Under the pieces are notes generated by a model, which did no database searches, was not told the DNA's origin, and saw only the letters and a list, made by a program, of their open reading frames with translations. Shown piece by piece: positions 59,211 through 64,000 of a stretch of 64,000 nucleotides of DNA. Numbering within the stretch: the stretch's first letter is position 1; every line of letters starts with the position of its first letter. The stretch is taken from the NCBI GenBank assembly GCA_965207385.1, contig CBDBLZ010000008.1, forward strand, positions 3,347 through 67,346, read 5' to 3'. The DNA comes from Rhodothermales bacterium (GTDB taxonomy: Bacteria > Bacteroidota > Rhodothermia > Rhodothermales > Bin80). The position numbers were made by a program, and so were the translations under genes.

Positions 59211-59400
59211 AAGCGCCCAAAGTAAGACGCGTTAGCCGGGGCTGTCAATCTGCCTGTGGGACCGCAGGGGAGCACGCTAGGAATTGCCGCACAATTGCGG
59301 CGCCGAGGCTGACAGCGTACGCGGCCGGACATCTGCCGCCGCGTCTGGGTACCGTTGCCGCAAGTCTTTATCTTGGGACGAATTCTGGAGAATCTGAACG

Positions 59401-59991
59401 ATGCGCATTTGCACGGATTTCGTTCTCGCTTCGCGCTCGCCCCGGCGCAAGGTCATCCTTCGCCAAATGGGACTGCCCTTCACGGTGGTGCCCGGCTGCG
59501 CCGACGAGTCCGCCCCTGACGGCCTCACTCCGGCCGAACTCGTGCAAACCCTGGCTCACCGAAAAGCCCGTTCGATTGCCGATACACGGCCCGACGCTCT
59601 CGTGCTGGGCGCCGACACCATCGTGGTTCTGGATGGCAAGATCTACGGCAAGCCTGCGGACCCCGAGGAGGCCAGATCCATGCTCGCAAACCTTAGCGAC
59701 CGAACGCATACGGTCTACACGGGCATGGCCCTCGTGCACGCAGACTCGCAAAGAAGCGTGGTGGCGGTAGAATCCACGGATGTCACCTTTGCGACGCTGT
59801 CACTGCAGATGATCGACCGGTATGTTGCCAGCGGAGCGCCGCTGGACAAGGCCGGAGCATATGGCATCCAGGATGATTTCGGGTGCGTGTTCGTTCGCAG
59901 GATATCGGGCGACTTTTACACCGTGGTGGGCCTGCCGGCAAGCCGCCTGTACCGGCTGCTGACCCGGGAGTTTGGCGATTTGTGCCAGTAA
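59401..59991 (+). CDS. maf: Maf family nucleoside triphosphate pyrophosphatase
   Basis: N-terminus FVLASRSPRRKVILRQMGLPF, then GADTIVVLDGKIYGKP and GAYGIQD. Confidence 0.9.
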   Translation: MRICTDFVLASRSPRRKVILRQMGLPFTVVPGCADESAPDGLTPAELVQTLAHRKARSIADTRPDALVLGADTIVVLDGKIYGKPADPEEARSMLANLSDRTHTVYTGMALVHADSQRSVVAVESTDVTFATLSLQMIDRYVASGAPLDKAGAYGIQDDFGCVFVRRISGDFYTVVGLPASRLYRLLTREFGDLCQ

Positions 59992-60099
59992 GAGCACAAG
60001 GAATTTGCCGCATGATACGGCCCCGCACCAATTTGCCCAACCGACAGGCGCCGGACCCGCCTCTTCTTCCTACTGCAAGCCTCGAGGCAGCGGGCTGCA

Positions 60100-60465
60100 T
60101 CAGCGATTCGTGCGGTAAACGACTTCGGCGCTGTCGCAGGTACCGCCTATGGGGGGATTGGGCTTGCGAACCGTGACTTCAATCCTCTGCACGAAGCCGA
60201 ATTCTTCCAGGAGCCGGTGCGCGATGAGGTAGGCCAAGCGCTCAATCAGGAAGAAGCGATTGCGCGTTACGATCATTTGGATGAGTCCGTAGACTTTTTC
60301 GTAGTCCACAGTCCGGGACAGATCATCCTCCCTGGCGGCATCTTCGAGCTCAAGCTCCATCGCTATGTCCACCTCATAGCGGCCTCCTATCTCGTGCTCT
60401 TCTTTTCTGACGCCATGGTGCGCGTAAAAGACTGCGTTGCGCAGCCGTACAGTACTCAGGAACAT
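60100..60465 (-). CDS. folB: dihydroneopterin aldolase
   Basis: 121 aa. FYAHHGVRKEEHEIGGRYEVDI...TVDYEKVY...LIERLAYLIA...VTVRKPNPPI matches the FolB pattern. Confidence 0.85.
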   Translation of the reverse strand: MFLSTVRLRNAVFYAHHGVRKEEHEIGGRYEVDIAMELELEDAAREDDLSRTVDYEKVYGLIQMIVTRNRFFLIERLAYLIAHRLLEEFGFVQRIEVTVRKPNPPIGGTCDSAEVVYRTNR

Positions 60466-60507
60466 CCGTCGGTGGCCATTTGCGATAGGTGGAACCTGCC
60501 TGGTATC

Positions 60508-61293
60508 CTACAGGCCGAGATTGCCGAGCAGCACGCTGTCTGCCCGCGTTAGGGCGCCCGCGCGCCTCCTGTCCCGCAGCTGCGCCGCGTAAAGCGTTGC
60601 ATAGACGCCCAGGACTGTGTCGCTTCGTTTGCGGTGCTCATCAAAATAGCGGGTAACTTCGTCGTCGCGCCAGACCTCGCTTACGTAGTACGCTCTCGGC
60701 CCGTCCGGACCCGCCCTGGCGTGCCCTGGAAAGCTGCGCTCCGGCTCGAATTCCCTGGTGCCCAGGTGACATCCCAGGCATTGCCTCGGCGTGGCCAGGG
60801 CCTTGGGCAGCGCAAGCGTCTGCGTCGCAAGCTGGCCGTGCTCGCCGTAGGTGGCAAAGTCCCAGAATCCGTCCGTGCGCCGCATCATGGCCGTCGTCTC
60901 CATGTGCATGCCGTCAACATGATGCTCACCCACGATGGCCGTGCCGGCCGGATATATCAGTCTCTGGCCCCTGCGGTGGTACGCCTGAAGCGCACCGCGC
61001 AGCGCTTCCTCCGAAACGAAGACGTGCCTGCGGGCACTCGTCATGGGTCCAACGACGTCAAAACGCATCCACTGCTGGTAGGGCCACCGGGCACGAAGCG
61101 ACTCCAGGGAGGACGGAATGCCGCGAATGCTATAGTAGGCGCTATCCAGCAGCGGTGCCAACGAATCCCACGCGACTCTGCCGCCGCGGGTCTTGCCCGC
61201 GATCCGGCTCCAGAGCTGGGCCTGGCGCCCGTTTCCTTCCGGAGCATGGACATGGAAACGACCGGACTCCACGGACAGCATGCCTGCAGCCAC
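60508..61293 (-). CDS. cytochrome P460-like haem-c protein; the ORF as called lacks a signal peptide and is probably the 3' part of a frameshifted gene
   Basis: P460-like order of motifs: IYPAGTAIVGEH, then DGFWDFATYG, then CLGCH (CxxCH). See the finding on the frameshift near 61327-61330. Confidence 0.5.
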   Translation of the reverse strand: MAAGMLSVESGRFHVHAPEGNGRQAQLWSRIAGKTRGGRVAWDSLAPLLDSAYYSIRGIPSSLESLRARWPYQQWMRFDVVGPMTSARRHVFVSEEALRGALQAYHRRGQRLIYPAGTAIVGEHHVDGMHMETTAMMRRTDGFWDFATYGEHGQLATQTLALPKALATPRQCLGCHLGTREFEPERSFPGHARAGPDGPRAYYVSEVWRDDEVTRYFDEHRKRSDTVLGVYATLYAAQLRDRRRAGALTRADSVLLGNLGL

Positions 61294-61454
61294 CGGATCC
61301 TGGCCGGCATCCGAAACCAGTCCGCCAAAATAGAACCTTCAGCAAGCGTTCGGCCTCGGGCTTGTCCATGACTACTTCAATGGAGGACCCTCCCCTGTTG
61401 CAGGCAAGCGGCGCCATCACGGCAGCCAACACCAGGAGCGCTCGCGCCGTCCCA

Positions 61455-62366
61455 CTAGGACGGAAAGGAAACCACCGACTTGAATTCGCGCAGCCTTTCT
61501 GCAATGGCATCGTGCGTAAGGTCCAGTAATCGCTCCGGGCCGAATCGTTCTACGCCGAAGGAGGCCAGCGCCGTACCGTAGACCACTGCCCGCTTCAGAG
61601 CCTCCTTGTTTATGCGCGTCTCTCGCGCAACGCTTCCTGCGAAGCCTCCCATGAATATGTCGCCGGATCCGGTAGGATCCTGGACGGACTCCACCGGGAA
61701 TGCGGGCACTACAAACAGGGCATCATCCACAAACAGCATGGCACCGTGCTCCCCTTTCTTTACCACGAGGATTCGGGGGCCCATGGACCTGATGCACCTT
61801 GCCGCCTTCAGGAGATTCGATTCTCCCGAGAGCTGGCGCGCTTCGCTATCGTTTATGATCAGGCAATCCACACGCGTCAGCAACCGGGCCAGACTCTGTC
61901 CTGTGTTCTCGATCCAGTAGTTCATCGTGTCACAGAGGACCAGCTCGGGCCGCTCCATCTGATCAAGCACGGAATGCTGGACTTCGGGATCCAGGTTGCC
62001 AAGACACACAACGCGACTGGAACGGAAGTCTGCTGGAACCACGGGCTCAAAGCCGGCCAGCACGTTCAGATCCGTGTACAGGGTTTGCCGCTCGTTGACG
62101 TCGGCGCCGTAGCGGCCTCCCCAGGCAAAAGTCTTTCCTGCCGGGTCCGAGATCAGGCCTTTAGTGTCCACCCCGCGGTCCCGGATGAGGTCCATGAACT
62201 CAGCCGGAAAGTCCCGGCCCACAACCGCCACGAGGCCGACGGGATCGGTCAAATAGCGGGCAGCCAGCGTTATGTACGTCGCGCTGCCGCCCAGTATGCC
62301 CGCAACGGTCCTGTGCGGCGTTTCGATTCGGTCGATGGCGACCGTGCCAACAGCGAGCAAGCTCAT
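61455..62366 (-). CDS. PfkB family carbohydrate kinase
   Basis: N-terminus AVGTVAIDRIETP...GGSATY. The C-terminal motif DPTGSGDIFMGGFAG is the PfkB signature 2 type. Confidence 0.85.
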   Translation of the reverse strand: MSLLAVGTVAIDRIETPHRTVAGILGGSATYITLAARYLTDPVGLVAVVGRDFPAEFMDLIRDRGVDTKGLISDPAGKTFAWGGRYGADVNERQTLYTDLNVLAGFEPVVPADFRSSRVVCLGNLDPEVQHSVLDQMERPELVLCDTMNYWIENTGQSLARLLTRVDCLIINDSEARQLSGESNLLKAARCIRSMGPRILVVKKGEHGAMLFVDDALFVVPAFPVESVQDPTGSGDIFMGGFAGSVARETRINKEALKRAVVYGTALASFGVERFGPERLLDLTHDAIAERLREFKSVVSFPS

Positions 62367-62835
62367 GGCGCGGGATGCCCGGTTCGTGAGAAACCACTAT
62401 TACGCATGCTGCTCGCAAGTAATTCGCCTATCACTCTGAACCGATTTTCAATGTGGGTCTTGCGACCGTGAATGCCTAGGTCACAGCACCAGACAGCCCG
62501 ATTGCAGTGCGTTTAAAGCAGTTTCCATTGTGCGGCGGGTAAGGTACGACTGGCTGCCATTCCGCGCAGGGACCATACGGACGCTTTGTGGCGAGACTGG
62601 TGTGAAGCGAAGGCAACGCTTTAGTGGGATCTCTTGCTGCACTGTAGGGAATCGAATGCTGCTGCTTCTGATCGCTTCAAGAGCCTGACCCGGCACAATT
62701 CGCGACCGGAGGGCAGATCGCAAACAGTCTTGAGCAACGCCCGTCAGCGCAGAGAGACGGTCCATCACCCGGATTGTGACCGCCCGAGCATGAAATCGAC
62801 GCTGGCAACAGCACGAACGGCCCGGGATGCTGACC

Positions 62836-64000
62836 TTATCGCACGACGGTCAACGCACGGGTCATCCGCGACCCGTCCACACGCAGCGCAACAAAGTACA
62901 TGCCGCCTGGCAGGAGGCTTGTATCCAGCCATACCTCATGCATTCCCCTAGGTTGAAACCGGTCGGCCAGCACACGTATTTCGCGGCCAAGCAAGTCTAT
63001 GACGGACAGGTGAACATGGCCAGCACGGGGAAGGGAATACTCGATCGTGGCCTCCGTAGTGGCAGGGTTCGGATAGTGCAAGATTTGAACTGCGGTCGCT
63101 ATGGCGACACTCTGCGGCTCGGAAATGTCCAGAGGCCCGAACAGGGACGACAGATCCCAAAGCTTTACGGTACCGTCATAGGATCCGGAAACCAGGTGAC
63201 TGCGGACCGGGGAAAATGCCACAGACCGTACGCTGCCCGTATGTCCTTCGAGCACGGCCACTTCCATTTCGGACGCTACATTCCATATCCGCACCGCCCC
63301 GTTTCCCAGCCCCGCAGCCACATGGCTTCCGTCGGGCGTGTACGCCACTGAGTATACCCAGCCGCCGCGGCTGCTGAGCCGTACGGCTTCCGCTCCCGTG
63401 GCGATGTCCCACAGGCGGACCGTACCGTCATCAGAGCCAGACGCCACATGGCGGCCATCGGGCGAATACGCCACGGATCGCACGTAATCCGTGTGGCCTC
63501 TAAGGCTGTGGACTTGTGCTCTTGTGTCAACGTCCCACAGCCGGACGCGACCAATAGACCCGGTAAAGAGCCCGTAGCCTGACCCCCCCGAGACTACCCT
63601 GGTGCCGTCTGGTGAGTAGGCCACGGACCTGATTTCGTCCTCCACAGTCCTAGTCTCAAACAAATGTGTCTCCACTCCAGACGCCAATTCCCACAGCCGG
63701 ACCGTACCAAATCTGCTGCCAACGGCCCCATAGTCCGAACCTCCCGAGGCCAATGCGCTGCCATCGTGCGAATAGGCAACCGAACGCACATCCCTCTCAT
63801 GACCCAAAAGACTGTCTGTCACTGCCCCGGTGGAGGTCTCCCACAATTGAACCAAATTCCGTGATCCCGAGGCCAACTGACCACCGTCGGGGGAATATGC
63901 CAGGCTGGTAACTGCTCCATGGCGACCCCGAAACTGAAGTTCCTCATCTCCCGTGACTGCATTCCAAAGTCTAATTGATTGGTCGACCGACCCTGACGCA
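62836..64000 (-). CDS. WD40-repeat protein with T9SS C-terminal sorting domain; 5' end runs off the window
   Basis: The frame stays open beyond the track start (63876 is an internal TTG). Hand translation up to nt 64000 continues WD40 units (...IRLWNAVTGDEELQFRGRHGAVTSLAYSPDGGQLASGS...). The C-terminus is HYPNPATTEATIEYSL...GMYFVALRV. Confidence 0.85.
   Translation of the reverse strand, partial: ASGSVDQSIRLWNAVTGDEELQFRGRHGAVTSLAYSPDGGQLASGSRNLVQLWETSTGAVTDSLLGHERDVRSVAYSHDGSALASGGSDYGAVGSRFGTVRLWELASGVETHLFETRTVEDEIRSVAYSPDGTRVVSGGSGYGLFTGSIGRVRLWDVDTRAQVHSLRGHTDYVRSVAYSPDGRHVASGSDDGTVRLWDIATGAEAVRLSSRGGWVYSVAYTPDGSHVAAGLGNGAVRIWNVASEMEVAVLEGHTGSVRSVAFSPVRSHLVSGSYDGTVKLWDLSSLFGPLDISEPQSVAIATAVQILHYPNPATTEATIEYSLPRAGHVHLSVIDLLGREIRVLADRFQPRGMHEVWLDTSLLPGGMYFVALRVDGSRMTRALTVVR

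Noticed and set aside
1-64000. CRISPR arrays, rRNA genes, IS elements/transposases and prophage genes.
   Set aside because: I saw no regularly spaced direct repeats, rRNA-like conserved blocks, DDE/serine/tyrosine recombinase motifs or phage structural genes while reading the ORF track and intergenic regions. The 'phage holin family' protein at 51476..51853 is a common chromosomal small membrane protein and has no phage context.

Overview
High-GC (about 62-65%) bacterial chromosomal window. It is probably from the Bacteroidota/Rhodothermota lineage, because four proteins end in the T9SS C-terminal sorting domain (NxPNP...GxYFY motif); this placement is an inference. Coding density is high and most genes are on the minus strand. 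Spot checks show third-codon-position GC near 90% in core genes, so the many long antisense ORFs in the track are treated as shadow ORFs.

Contents from left to right:
1. A T9SS-secreted PGRP-type peptidoglycan amidase (5' partial).
2. An SIS / Gfo-Idh-MocA / MBL-fold sugar block.
3. A lower-GC islet of about 5 kb (4.2-9.4 kb). It carries a translationally coupled AlbA_2(Schlafen-like)-HATPase_c_4 protein plus a ParA/MinD-type ATPase, a small lipoprotein and a Fic enzyme.
4. A 10.5-kb minus-strand array of 5 xylose-isomerase-like TIM-barrel proteins and 4 Gfo/Idh/MocA oxidoreductases, six of them with twin-arginine signals. An ApbE flavin transferase and an FGE/SUMF1-like protein are embedded in it.
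5. A divergent LamG / PVC-type haem-c dehydrogenase-like / DUF1080 / ROK kinase operon.
6. A RodZ-like gene, then about 860 bp with no coding signal, then tRNA-Pro(GGG).
7. Housekeeping and envelope genes: MerR, DMT, TIGR02206, DUF5916, MBL.
8. Two large T9SS cargo proteins: a 14-blade WD40 protein and a 1685-aa BNR/sortilin-like protein.
9. A CvpA / PEGA / BamB-like / Omp85-TolB-HExxH fusion operon.
10. PGI/PMI, polyprenyl synthase and adk, followed by a tight minus-strand operon: LuxC-like, LuxE-like, monothiol thioredoxin-fold protein, NSS transporter, penicillin/AHL-type Ntn acylase and an orphan ParA.
11. maf, folB, a cytochrome P460-like gene that looks frameshifted, a PfkB kinase and a second WD40-T9SS protein (5' partial).

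No rRNA, CRISPR array, transposase or integrase was recognised.

The most interesting candidates are the AlbA_2+ParA pair in the low-GC islet next to Fic, the ApbE gene wedged between Tat-exported Gfo/Idh/MocA enzymes, and the non-coding block beside tRNA-Pro. All family assignments rest on motif recognition by eye, not on database searches.
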